Position numbers and translations under genes: made by a program
Part shown: in pieces, positions 43,700-55,234 of the stretch
Numbering within the stretch: position 1 is the stretch's first letter
Layout: every line of letters begins with the position of its first letter
Source: an uncultured Gemmatimonadaceae bacterium
GTDB taxonomy: Bacteria; Gemmatimonadota; Gemmatimonadetes; Gemmatimonadales; Gemmatimonadaceae
Length of the DNA stretch: 64,000 nucleotides
Assembly (NCBI GenBank): GCA_963829055.1
Contig: CAWHHI010000006.1
Coordinates: 352,001-416,000 of the forward strand
Direction: 5' to 3'
Notes under the pieces: generated by a model
Seen by the model: the letters and a program-made list of their open reading frames with translations, nothing else
The model's database searches: none
Told to the model about the DNA's origin: nothing

Positions 43700-43910
43700 G
43701 GAAGGAGGCCGGAGGAAGGAGGACGGCGGAGGGCGGAGGCGGACGGCGGAGAAACAGCGTGTCATCCCGAGCGTAGCGACGAGGGACCTTCTGCGAACGT
43801 ACTCGTGGCCAGTCGGCCACGATGACTTCACAGAAGGTCCTCGTCGCTGGCGCTCGGGATGACACCGCTTTCCCAGCCTCCTTCCTCAGGCCTCCTTCCT
43901 CCTTCCTCCG
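43700..43910. repeat. REP doublet (type B) flanked by inverted heptamer arrays
   Basis: GGAAGGAGG/GGCGGAG units on the left, CCTCCTTCC units on the right, GTCATCCCGAGCG...CGCTCGGGATGAC core. Confidence 0.85.
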
Positions 43911-43912
43911 GT

Positions 43913-45674
43913 CTAGTTGATTACCACCCTGAGCGTCGCCTTCGGCGGATCCCCAGACCCCGCCCACAGCGCGCGCGGAAAGGAGACCGTCACCAGCGAC
44001 TCGCCTCGCTCCCGGCCGACGAACGTGCGCGGGCTCGCGGCCACCGGGATCGCCGCGCCCGGCGTCAACACGTAGTCATACGTGGAGAGTGAGCCGAGAC
44101 TGGATCCGGCGCTGTCGATTGCGAAGACCTTCACGCGGTTCATCATCGTGACCGTGTCGCCAATCGCAAGGCGAAGCTCGCTCGGCTCCGTCCGCAGCCT
44201 AACGACACGCGTCGCGATGTCCGCGTAGCGCGCGATCGGGATGTCGGCCGAGTCGCGTCGGACGACCGTCGTGATCGATACCGGGCCATTGAGCGCGCGC
44301 GCCATCACCGCGCGAATCGAATCGAGGGTGCTGGCAGGGAGGCCTGTCGCCGCGCTGCTGCTCATGATGGTGACGCCGCCGATGCGGCTGTCCAAGAGCC
44401 GAGTGCGATCGCGGCCGTAGACGTACACGCGGCCAGCACGCATGACGAACTGCACGCGCTGGAGCGCCGTGATGTCCTGCAGCGGGTCACCCTCGACCGC
44501 GATGAGGTCAGCGTCCATGCCCTCGGCGCACCGATCCGATCCGGTCACCCAGGCCTAACGCCGACGCGTTCAGCGACGTCGCCGCGACGATCGCGTCCAT
44601 TGCCGGCTGGCCACCCACCTGCACGCGATAGATGATCTCGCGAGCGTTCTGGCCGTGCGCGCCCGCCGTCGCATCAGTGCCCATCAGGATCTTGAGGTCC
44701 TTGTGACGGATCGCGCGCTTGAACATGTCGAGCTTGAGCGGAATCCCCTCCTCGGTCTTCGTGAATCCGTCCTCGGTGTAGTTGCCCGTGCCCAGGTACC
44801 GCTGCTTGTTCTCGAGATAGTTCTGCGAGACGAGCCCGATGTTCGGCTCGAAGTACGTACCGTGCTGCGCCATCAGCGTGAACTCGCGGTCCGTGAGCTG
44901 ACTCCCGTGGGCGACGGTCGTGCAACCGGCGAGTACCGCCGCGCGCGCCGCCGAGGCCGAGTGTGCGTGCACCCACGTCCGCTTGCCGGCCAGCTTCGCC
45001 TCGCCGCAGGCGGCGCGGATCTGCGCGTCGCTCAGCGTCTGCCCGCCGCCGTCTCGAATGCTCTTCGACGCGAAGATCTTGATCACGTCGGCGCCGCGGG
45101 AGACCATCGTGCGCACCCATCGACGGATCTCGTCGGGCGTCATCTTCGTGTCCGTGAGCTGCGAGACGGACGTGAGCACGCGCGGCCCGAGGAAATCGCC
45201 GTGCGCGATGCCGTAGCGGAGCTCGATGTCCGGCGGCGCGCCGATGCTCTGCACCGTCGTGAAGCCCGCGCGCAGCGTCGCCTCGGCGTTCTGCCCCGCG
45301 GCGACGACGCGGTTGAGCTGCGACTCCAGCTCGTCGGGCATCCGTCCGTCGGCACCGAAGTGCGAATCGATGTGGACGTGGGTGTCGATCATCCCCGGCA
45401 TCAGCGTGAAGCGCGCGAGGTCGTACGTGATCGGGCCGGTGCTCGTGTCGTTGCCGTTCGTGATCCGTGTGATGCGCGAACTGTCGACGACGACGATGAC
45501 CGTGTCGCGCACGCCCCCCTTACCGTCGAGCAGGCGGCCGGCACGGATGACGATGTGACTCTGTGCCGCGAGGGTGGCGGGCGCGATAGCCGCCCCAGTC
45601 AAGGCGAGCGCCGCGACTGCGGAGCGCAGGCGGCCCGGGCGGAGGGGGCGAGCGTCGAAATTCGAACGGGTCAT
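43913..45674 (-). CDS. Amidohydrolase (Xaa-Pro dipeptidase-like) with beta-rich C-terminal extension (frameshift near 44530)
   Basis: PGMIDTHVH, GADVIK, HAH, GTD and ADLIAVEGDPL motifs, then about 165 extra residues. Confidence 0.82.
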
Positions 45675-45817
45675 TGGTTCGGTCCGGCAGCTTGAAGAGG
45701 AGCCAAGTGCATCCACTCCTAAGCTGCGCTGCCGTACCGACCCGCGAAAGACGACGACGATGTCAAGCGCGTAGAACGTGCACTGGCGGCGGCAGCATCG
45801 CGGCGTATCGTCAGTGC

Positions 45818-47065
45818 ATGCCGCTCGAGCTGGACATCGCCCTGCGCTACCTCCGAGGTAGCCGCCGAGGATCGCGCCTGCTGTCGTTCATCAGCGTGAT
45901 CGCGATCGGAGGCGTCGTCGTAGGCGTTGCCGCGCTGATCGTCGTCATGGGAGTGATGAACGGTCTGCAGCGCGATATGCGCGACAAGATTCTCATCGGG
46001 ACGCCCGACATTCGCGTCACGAGCGTGGGCACGAACGCGCGACTGGACGACTGGCCGGCGATGTTGGCCAAGGTTCAGCGAACCCCCGGGGTCGTTGCGG
46101 CGGGACCGTACGTCATGACCCAGGCGCTCGCGAGCACGGGGCCGAACCAGGTGGACGGCGGAATAGTCGTCGGGCTTCCGCCGGCCGGTTCCGGGTCACC
46201 GCGTGTGACCGACATCGAGCGCTACGTCGTGTCCGGCCATTTTCGATTCGCCGGCTCGGACAGCGGTGGCCTCGGCATCGTGCTCGGCAAACTCCTCGCA
46301 GCGCGACTCGGCGTCGACACTGGTGGAACGATCACGATTACGGGGTTCGGTACGCGTGAGCCGAACGCCGCGACAGGACAGCTGTCGCCGACGATCATGC
46401 AGTTCGAGGTGATGGGCATCTTCGATACCGGCCTGTACGACTACGACAACTCGTTCATGTACATGTCGCTCGCGAGCGCGCAGGAGCTCGCGGGGCTCGG
46501 CTCCGGCGTGACGGGCATCGAGGTGAAAACGCGCGATCGCACCGACGCTACGGCAATCAGTGCTCGGCTGGCGCCCGTGATCGCGCCGTACACGACCATC
46601 GACTGGCAGCAGCAGAATCGGTCGTTGTTTCAGGCGCTGCAGCTGGAGAAGCTCGGCATGGGCTTCATTCTGCTGCTGATCGTGCTCGTGGCGGCGTTCA
46701 ACATCGTGAGCAACCTGACGATGGTGGTCGCCGACAAGACGCGTGAGATCGGGATCCTCAAGGCGATGGGTATGACGTCGCGCTCGGTGCACCGCGTGTT
46801 CTTCACGCAAGGCATCATCATCGGCGCGACGGGGACGGCGTTCGGGGTCATTCTCGGAATCGCGGTGTCGCTCGCGCTCGGGAAGTACAATCTCATCAAG
46901 CTGGATCCGGAGGCGTACTTCATCGATCATCTGCCGGTCGCCACGGATGCGCTCGACGTCGTGATTACGGTCGTGGCGAGTCTGGCGATCGCCGCGCTGG
47001 CGACGGCGTATCCCTCGCGTCAGGCGGCGCGGCTCTATCCGATCGAGGCGATCCGCCACGATTAG
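45818..47065 (+). CDS. LolC/E lipoprotein-releasing ABC permease
   Basis: SFISVIAIGG, VMNG and VAAFNIVSNLTMVVADKTREIGILKAMG motifs. Confidence 0.9.
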   Translation: MPLELDIALRYLRGSRRGSRLLSFISVIAIGGVVVGVAALIVVMGVMNGLQRDMRDKILIGTPDIRVTSVGTNARLDDWPAMLAKVQRTPGVVAAGPYVMTQALASTGPNQVDGGIVVGLPPAGSGSPRVTDIERYVVSGHFRFAGSDSGGLGIVLGKLLAARLGVDTGGTITITGFGTREPNAATGQLSPTIMQFEVMGIFDTGLYDYDNSFMYMSLASAQELAGLGSGVTGIEVKTRDRTDATAISARLAPVIAPYTTIDWQQQNRSLFQALQLEKLGMGFILLLIVLVAAFNIVSNLTMVVADKTREIGILKAMGMTSRSVHRVFFTQGIIIGATGTAFGVILGIAVSLALGKYNLIKLDPEAYFIDHLPVATDALDVVITVVASLAIAALATAYPSRQAARLYPIEAIRHD

Positions 47066-47067
47066 GC

Positions 47068-47226
47068 TGTCATTCCGAGCGGAGCTGGGTGTCATTCCGA
47101 GCGAGCGACAGCGAGTCGAGGAATCGAGCCTCTCCTCGGTAGAGGGCCCTCTATCGGTACAGTCGCGATTCCTCGACTGCGGCCTTCGGCCTCCGCTCGG
47201 AATGACAAGGCTCGCTCGGAATGACA
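47068..47226. repeat. REP doublet (type A) with extra tandem units
   Basis: TGTCATTCCGAGCG twice ... TAGAGGGCCCTCTA ... CGCTCGGAATGACA twice. Confidence 0.88.
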
Positions 47227-47232
47227 TGTCGG

Positions 47233-48411
47233 CTACTTACCGGCCATGCGCCGTGCTCGGTCCAGCGCCGTACGCGAGGTCGGCTTCGACGGATCGAGGT
47301 ACGTCGCGAGCGTGAGCACTTCGATCGCACGGTCGAGAATCGTTGGACGGATCGCGGGGCGCGCACGCGTGGCCAGCTCGATGAGCGTGCGTCCGTAGTA
47401 ATCCAGGACATCCTCGTCCTGTGAGATCTCCATCATCACGGCACGCAGATCGTGGAACGCGAACTCGTACGCACCGAGGCGATAGTACGCCTTGCCGCGA
47501 TCCGCGATGTAATCCCGTTCCGGCCCGTAGGCGACCGCCTTGTTCAGTTCGCGAACCGCACCGGCGTAGTTGTTCGCGAGACTCGAGTCGTTCGCCCGGT
47601 TCTCGTAGATGGCGCCACGTAGTGTGACGAGCCGAGGATTCAGCGCACTGTCCTTCGCCGCCTGTTCGGCGACCTGCATCATCAACTCTTCCGTCCCGCC
47701 CCAGCGCGGCCAGAGCATCACGATGAACGAGCGCGGAAGGCCATAGCTGCCGCGATGCATCGACAGTCCGCGGACCATGAGTCGATACGCGTCCTCATGA
47801 CTGCCGGCCAACTGCATCACGGCAATCCCGATCTCGTACGCGACGAGGTGTGTCGAGTCGATCCGGAGCCCGGCCGCCACGTCTTCGATCGCCTTCTTCG
47901 CGGACTCCTGCATGCCGCGAATGTTCTCGGGTGGTGTATCGCGGATGTATGCGCCACCTCGCCGGCGCCAGGATGCGGCGAGGTGATAGGTCGCCCGGGC
48001 CACCCGCGCGTGCGCGGAGGCAGGCCGGGCCGCGATCCACGCATCGATGTCGGCGAGCAGGGCCGGATCGTTGCGCCTCGCCGCGTCGAACGCCGTGCCG
48101 AAGCGAAGCTCGTTCCGCACGTCTCGGCGGACATCGGCCGCGAGCCCGTCGAACATCGTGTCGAGGCTATCGAACTGCCGCTGCCTGACGAGCTCGATGA
48201 TCCGCGGCAGGAAGATTTCGTTAGGCGGATAGCCGAACGCCATCGTCTCCGGGAGCCGAATGGGCAGGAACAGCGAGTCGTCGATGGTCAGCGCACCGTC
48301 GCGACCATTCGACTGCGCTGCGCCTGACTGCGCCATGCCAGACGACGCGACCACAGCTGTGGCTGCCGCGAGGAAAATGCCTCGCATGGCGGGTGCGCGA
48401 GTCGACGACAT
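47233..48411 (-). CDS. Secreted DUF4034-like/TPR protein
   Basis: Signal peptide, WIAARPAS, AASWRRRGG and LWPRWGG motifs, C-terminal TPR. Confidence 0.7.
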   Translation of the reverse strand: MSSTRAPAMRGIFLAAATAVVASSGMAQSGAAQSNGRDGALTIDDSLFLPIRLPETMAFGYPPNEIFLPRIIELVRQRQFDSLDTMFDGLAADVRRDVRNELRFGTAFDAARRNDPALLADIDAWIAARPASAHARVARATYHLAASWRRRGGAYIRDTPPENIRGMQESAKKAIEDVAAGLRIDSTHLVAYEIGIAVMQLAGSHEDAYRLMVRGLSMHRGSYGLPRSFIVMLWPRWGGTEELMMQVAEQAAKDSALNPRLVTLRGAIYENRANDSSLANNYAGAVRELNKAVAYGPERDYIADRGKAYYRLGAYEFAFHDLRAVMMEISQDEDVLDYYGRTLIELATRARPAIRPTILDRAIEVLTLATYLDPSKPTSRTALDRARRMAGK

Positions 48412-48493
48412 GCGGGTCACGGTTTCCCGGGGTCACTTACAGTGGCTCGATTACATCTCGAACGCACTCCGCTATAACCGCGCCAACCCTGCG

Positions 48494-49781
48494 CTACCTC
48501 GCTCGCCTGTCGACCACGACCTGTCCGCCCTTCATCACCCATCGCACCCGTTCGGTGACCGCGCGAATGTCCGCGAGCGGATCGCCCTCGACCGCCACGA
48601 TATCGGCGAAGTAGCCAGGCGCAACCGCGCCGAGCTTCTTCTCCATGCCGAGCAGGGCGGCGCCGTTCGTCGTCGCGGTCGCGAGCGCCTGGGCGGGCGT
48701 CATCCCGATCTCCGTGTACCAGTGGAGCTCGCGCGTGTTCTCGCCGAACATGTTGAACACCGCGTCCGAGCCCATCGCGAACTTCACGCCCGCCTTGAAC
48801 GCGCGGCGCGCCGTCTCGATGTTGCGCAGACGGAACGAGTCGAGCGCCGCCACCTGCGCCGGCGTGTAGTTGAACTGCTGGTGGTACTCGGCGTAGTAGC
48901 GGTTGTGGTCGATGGTGGGGACGTAGAACGTGCCCTGCGCGACCATCCGCACGAGCGTGGAGTCGTCGAGATCGATGGCGTGCTCGAGCGACTCGGCGCC
49001 CGCGCGCACGGCGTCACGTCCACCCTCGGGGCCGTAGGAGTGAATCGCGACGCGCTTGCCTGACGCGTGCGCCGCGTCGACGATCGCCTTCATCTCCTCG
49101 TAGGTGAGCGTCTCGCGGCCGGTGACATCGGCGCCGCTGCCCGTCGAGCCGTACACCTTGATGACGTCCGCCCCGGCGTCCACCTGCGCCTTGACCGCGG
49201 CGGCGACGTCGTCGACGCCGGTGAGGCGACCGCGCGGCGGGCCCGGAGGGGCGTTAGGCTGCGTCGTGGCGGGTGCGCGCCGAAGCCCGTAGCCAGCGCC
49301 GAACACGCGTGGACCCAGCATCGCGCCACGCGCGATGAGATCGCGGATCGCCAGGTCCGAGTACTCCGACGCCCCCAGGTCGCGGATCGTGGTAACGCCG
49401 GTCTCGAGCGCCCTACGCGCGTTCTCCTGCGCGAGGAACACGGTTACCTGGCTGCGGCGTCGACCGCTCTGCTGCCACGGGTCGGTTCCCGGCGTGTGAT
49501 CCCAGTAGTAGGTGATGTGCGTGTGCGCGTCGATCATACCGGGGATGCCGGTGTAGCGACGCAGGTCGAGCACGCGAGCGCCTCGTGGAACGGCGGACGC
49601 TCCGGTGCCCACGCTCACGATGGTGTCCGCGTTCGTCACGACGACGGCATCGCGCAGCACTCGGCCCGTGCCATCGACGAGGCTGCCGAAGCGAACAGCA
49701 ATGAGTGTGGGCGTGGACTGCGCGATCAGCGGCGCGGTCCACGTTGCGAGCAAGCGTTAGGCAGAGCGAGCGAGGAGCATC
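48494..49781 (-). CDS. Amidohydrolase family protein (start region frameshifted)
   Basis: PGMIDAHTH, GADVIK, AIHSYG, GSD and ADIVAVEGDPL motifs. Confidence 0.88.
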
Positions 49782-49782
49782 G

Positions 49783-49934
49783 CTGTCATTCCGAGCGAGC
49801 GAAGCGAGTCGAGGATCATCGTGGCTAGTCGGGCTACGATGACTGGACAGAAGATCCCTCGCTTCGCTCGGGATGACAACCGGGGGCTCGGGATGACAAC
49901 CGGGCTCGGGATGACAGCCGGGCTCGCGATGACG
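49783..49934. repeat. Hybrid REP doublet with 4 tandem GCTCGGGATGACA-like units
   Basis: Type A left arm, type B inner hairpin and type B right arm. Confidence 0.85.
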
Positions 49935-49944
49935 TGACGACGGC

Positions 49945-50602
49945 CTACGCGCGGAACTCCGGCTTCCGCTCGCTCTTCGCCTCGGAGAGCGCACGCTTCG
50001 CACGGTCGGCGTCGAGGTCCGCGCCGTACACCGGCGTGCCTGGCTGCTGCCGCCACGAATCGGCGAGACCGCCCGCATCCACGCCATCGAAGCCGAGTTC
50101 ATCGATCAGCTTCATCACTACCTGCTTCGCCCTCGCGTCGTCGCCCGCCACCGGCAATGCGATGCGGTCGCGCTCGCCCGTCGGCTTGCCGCGCTCCAGC
50201 AGGTGCTGCGCATAGATCGTGTTGAACGCCTTCACGACCGGACGGCCGAGTTGGTCGGCAACCCACTGACTCTCGGGAATTCCCGATTCGATGTCCGCGA
50301 TCTTGCCATCACGCTTCGGATAGTAGTTGCCCGTGTCGACGACGACCGTGTTCGGGGCAATCGCGCCGGCCAGCTCTTTCCGAAGATCCGGAACGCTCTT
50401 CTCCGGAATCGTGACGATCACGACGTCCTTGTCGCGAGCTGCGTCCGCCACCGTCGTTGCGCGTGCGCCCGGTTTCCTTCACGAGGGCGCCGAGCGTTTC
50501 GGGTCCGCGCGAGTTCGCGACCGAGACATCGTGGCCGAGCGCCTTGAGGCGACGTGTGAGCGTTCCGCCGATGTGCCCGGCGCCGATGATGCCGATCTTC
50601 AT
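49945..50602 (-). CDS. NADP oxidoreductase, F420-dependent family (frameshift near 50465)
   Basis: IGIIGAGHIG, NSRGPETL, DTGNYY and VVKAFN motifs. Confidence 0.88.
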
Positions 50603-50614
50603 GTCTCTCTCCGC

Positions 50615-51594
<980 letters not shown>

Positions 51595-51707
51595 CCTGCG
51601 TTTCTCCTGGTTGTCGCGCTCGACCACCGAATACGCCGACATCGAATGGCGTTCCCGCGTGGGCGGGCAAGACGCAAACACCAGCCCGCGCCAGCGAGAA
51701 CTACGCA

Positions 51708-51939
51708 AAACGGCGCACGGCCCAGACGGCGCCAAATCCCGAACAGCGCGAAATCCCAGACGGCGCGGAATCCCGAAGAGCTGCGCAAATCCCGAACGGC
51801 GACAGAATGCGGAACGGCGAGAAGCGGCGATCGTGGGACGGCGTTCCGCCGTTTGTCGCCGTTCGGGATTTCGCGCCGTCTCGGCTGTCGGGATTTCGCG
51901 CCGTCTGGGATTTCGCGCTCTTCGGGCCCTGCGCCGTTT
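51708..51939. repeat. Palindromic array of ~17-bp AAATCCC-containing units
   Basis: Four (A/G)AATCCC units on the left, three GGGATTTCGCG units on the right. Confidence 0.8.
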
Positions 51940-51974
51940 CGCTGTTGACGCAGCGTGCAGCCAGTGCCATTCTA

Positions 51975-51993
51975 CCTTCCAGACTCTGGAGGG
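51975..51993. promoter_or_regulatory. Putative PadR operator
   Basis: CCTTCCAGA-C-TCTGGAGGG, overlapping the SD. Confidence 0.6.
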
Positions 51994-51997
51994 AGAC

Positions 51998-52336
51998 ATG
52001 CCGCCGTCACTGCCATTGGTGAAGGGCACGCTCGACCTGCTGATCCTGCGCGCGCTCGCGTGGCAGCCCATGCACGGGTTCGAGATCGCCAACTGGCTCG
52101 AGGAGCGCTCGAGCGGCGCGCTCGACGTGGATGACAGCGCGCTCTACCAAGGGCTCTATCGCCTCGAGGGGCGCGAGCTCATTGCGGCCGAGTGGGGGAT
52201 TACGGAGAACGGTCGCCGCGCGCGCTACTACAAGGTGACTGCCCGGGGGAAGGCGCACCTCAAGCAGGAGACGGCGACGTGGGTGCGCTACACGGAGACC
52301 GTGACCGGCATCCTCACCGGCCCGCTGGAGGCCTAA
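51998..52336 (+). CDS. PadR family regulator
   Basis: GTLDLLILRAL, MHGFEI and WGITENGRRARYY motifs. Confidence 0.93.
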   Translation: MPPSLPLVKGTLDLLILRALAWQPMHGFEIANWLEERSSGALDVDDSALYQGLYRLEGRELIAAEWGITENGRRARYYKVTARGKAHLKQETATWVRYTETVTGILTGPLEA

Positions 52337-52340
52337 CGAC

Positions 52341-55089
52341 ATGTCGTTCTCCATTCGGCCACACATCCGCCGCGCGTTTCGCCTCGCCCTCCGCCGCCGC
52401 GACCTGACCCAGGCAGAGACCGATGAAGAGCTGCGCAGCCATCTCGCATTTCGTATCGCGCAGCTCGAAGCCCGCGGACTTACACGCGAGCAGGCGGATC
52501 GCGAAGCTCGACGCCGATTTGGTGATTCCTGGGAGGATGCGATGAATCGGGTGCACGACGCAGCGCGCTCGCGCGACGACCGGATGGCCATGCGTGAGCG
52601 ACTCGACGCGTGGTGGAGCGATGTCGCGTATGCCGGTCGATCTCTCCGCCGCCAGCCCTTCTTCACACTCATCGTCGTCGCGACGTTCGCGCTTGGCATC
52701 GGCGCCAACGCGACCATGTTCGCCGTGATCGATCGACTGCTGCTCCGGCCGCCGCCGGAAGTCGGTAATCCACGAACGCTGCTGGAAGTCAGCCGCCTGA
52801 TGGCGCGCGGTGGCGTCACGAACCACTTCACGGTGATGCCGTACCCGCTCTACACGGCATTGCGCGCGGATTCGACGGCGTTCCGCGATGTCGCGGCCTC
52901 GTCGTTCATTACCGCGCAGTCGATCGGAACCGGCGCGAACGCCCAACCGGTGCAGGTGGTCCTCGCCTCGAGCAACTACTTCCGTGTGCTCGAAACGCGT
53001 CCGGCGTTAGGCAGGCTCTTCGGTCCGAGCGAAGATGGTGAGGCGCCCTCGAGCGACGTGGCGGTCCTGAGCCATGGCTTCTGGCAGCGTCGCTTCGCGG
53101 GGGACCCGAGTGTCATCGGCAAGATGATCAGGATCGGGCCGCGCGACTTCACCGTGATCGGCGTGACTCGCCCAGGCTTCACGGGCGTGGACCCGCTGAA
53201 CGTGGACGTGTGGCTGCCGCTCTCGCATGCGCCGGTGTTCGGGATGGTGCGAGACGGTTGGACGAACTGGGGGCAAGTATGGCTCGGGGTCCTCACGAGG
53301 CTGCAGCCAGGCGTCACCCCTGACGTGGCTGCGCGGAGGACGTTGAAATGGAGCACGGATGGCGAGGCGGCATGGGAGGGCAACCCGGGAAAAGCGCGGC
53401 GGCATGCGACGGCCCCCCGAGGCTCCATTCGAGATGCGCTCGACCCTGCCCTCGGCGCAGCTCGCGGACGATCCCCAGGCGAAGCTGGCGCGCCTGCTCG
53501 TGGGCGTGACGGCCGTCGTGCTGTTGATCGCGTGCGCGAACGTCGGGAGCCTGCTCTTCGCGCGAGGGACCGAGCGACGACGCGAGATCGCCGTCCGTCT
53601 CGCGTTAGGCGTGTCGCGGGGGCGTCTGCTGCGGTTGCTGTTCGCCGAGACGGCGATCCTCGCAGCGTGTGGCGGGTTGATCGCGCTCGTGCTGGCGCGC
53701 TGGGGCATCGCGCTCCTGCACGCAACGTTGCTCAGCGACTTCGCCTGGACGGAGTCGGCGTTCGACGGCCGCGTGGTGGCGGCGACGGCCACGCTCGTCG
53801 TGCTGACCGTGGTGATCGCCGGCGTTGCGCCCGCGTTCCGGGCGAGCCGGCCCGACCTGGTCGAGTCGCTCAAGTCGGGTGGTCGTGAAGGCGGGATCGG
53901 TGTCTCTCGACTCCGAACGCTCCTCATGACGGCGCAGGTAGCCCTGTGCGTCGTCCTGATCGTCGGTGCGGGGCTGTTCGTCCAGAGCCTGCGGCGGGCG
54001 GCGACTGTTCCGCTCGGCTACGAGCCGACTGGTGTGCTCACGGCGTCGGTGATGAACCTCGTCCCGTTAGGCTACAAGATACCGCAGCGTCTCGCGCTCT
54101 ATGCGAGTCTGCGCGATCGCATCGCCACCCTCCCGGGCGTGGCCGGAGCCGCGGTCGCGGCCACGTACCCGGTCCAGGGGATGTTTCGGTTCGCCGTAGA
54201 CATTGCCGTGCCGGGGCGCGACTCGCTGCCGCCGAGTCCCGACGGGTTTGTCCCCACCTACAACGCCGTCAGCGGCGGCTTCTTCTCGGCGTTAGGCATC
54301 CGGATCACCGACGGCAGACCCATCATCGACTCCGACGTGAGCACAGCCACGCGCGTCGCCGTCGTGAGCGACGCGATCGCTCGTGCCTACTGGCCGGGCG
54401 AGCGGGCCATCGGTCGGTGTCTCATGATCAATGCGGACTCGGTGTGCACCACGGTCGTCGGCGTCGCGGCGGACGTGAAGCAGGCGATCGATCGGACCAG
54501 TGCAGGGTTCGTGGTCTACGTCCCCTTGCGCAGCGAATGGGACCTGGGTCCGAACGCGGTGATAGTCCGAGCGCGGAACGGCCGTGCCGAAGAGCTCATT
54601 CCAGCCGTACGCGACGCCATTCAAGGGACTGCGCCGAATCTCCCGTACGCCAACGTCCAGCCGTTCGATGCCTTGCTGGCCCCGCAGCTCCGCACCTGGA
54701 AGACAGGATCGTCGCTGTTCACGCTGTTCGGTGGGCTCGCGCTCGTGATCGCGGCCATCGGGCTCTACAGCGCGATCTCGTACACCGTCGCCCAGCGTCG
54801 TCACGAGTTCGGCGTGCGCATGGCGTTAGGCGCCCGGATGCCTGACGTCGTGCGGCTGGTGATGGACCAGGGCATTCAGGCGGCGGTGATCGGCACAGTC
54901 GTCGGGGCGGTCGCGGCGGCGAGCCTCGGCGGCGTCGTCGCGCCGCTCCTGTTTCAGACGTCGCCGCGCGAGCCGGCGGCGTTCGCGCTGGCCGCGGTGA
55001 TGATCGTCGTCGTCGCGGCGCTTGCGTCGTTCGTGCCTGCGTGGCGGGCGTCGCGTGTGGATCCTGTGACTGCGTTGCGAGCGGACTAG
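52341..55089 (+). CDS. ADOP/MacB-like ABC permease (frameshift near 53400)
   Basis: [29 protein letters not shown] and HEFGVRMALGA motifs. Confidence 0.9.
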
Positions 55090-55092
55090 TCC

Positions 55093-55231
55093 TGTCATTC
55101 CGAGCGAAGCGCCGGAGGCGCGCAGTCGAGGAATCGCGATCGTCCCGATAGAGGGGCCACTCTGCCAGTACCCTCACGATTCCTCGACTCGCTGTCGCTC
55201 GCTCGGAATGACACGGCTCCGCTCGGAATGA
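55093..55231. repeat. REP doublet (type A)
   Basis: TGTCATTCCGAGCG..GTCGAGGAATC..GATTCCTCGAC..CGCTCGGAATGAC twice. Confidence 0.88.
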
Positions 55232-55234
55232 CGG

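Noticed and set aside
36100..44550. Apparent mass pseudogenisation or programmed frameshifting (also at about 3530, 3765, 8345, 31570, 50465, 53400, 59420 and 63250-63840)
   Set aside because: Single-base indels with otherwise intact motifs, clustered by region and without obvious slippery signals, are typical of low-coverage long-read errors. Read data are needed to confirm.
51708..51939. Possible CRISPR array (also 49860-49934)
   Set aside because: Units are too short, arranged as inverted arms or tandem REPs, with no unique spacers and no cas genes.
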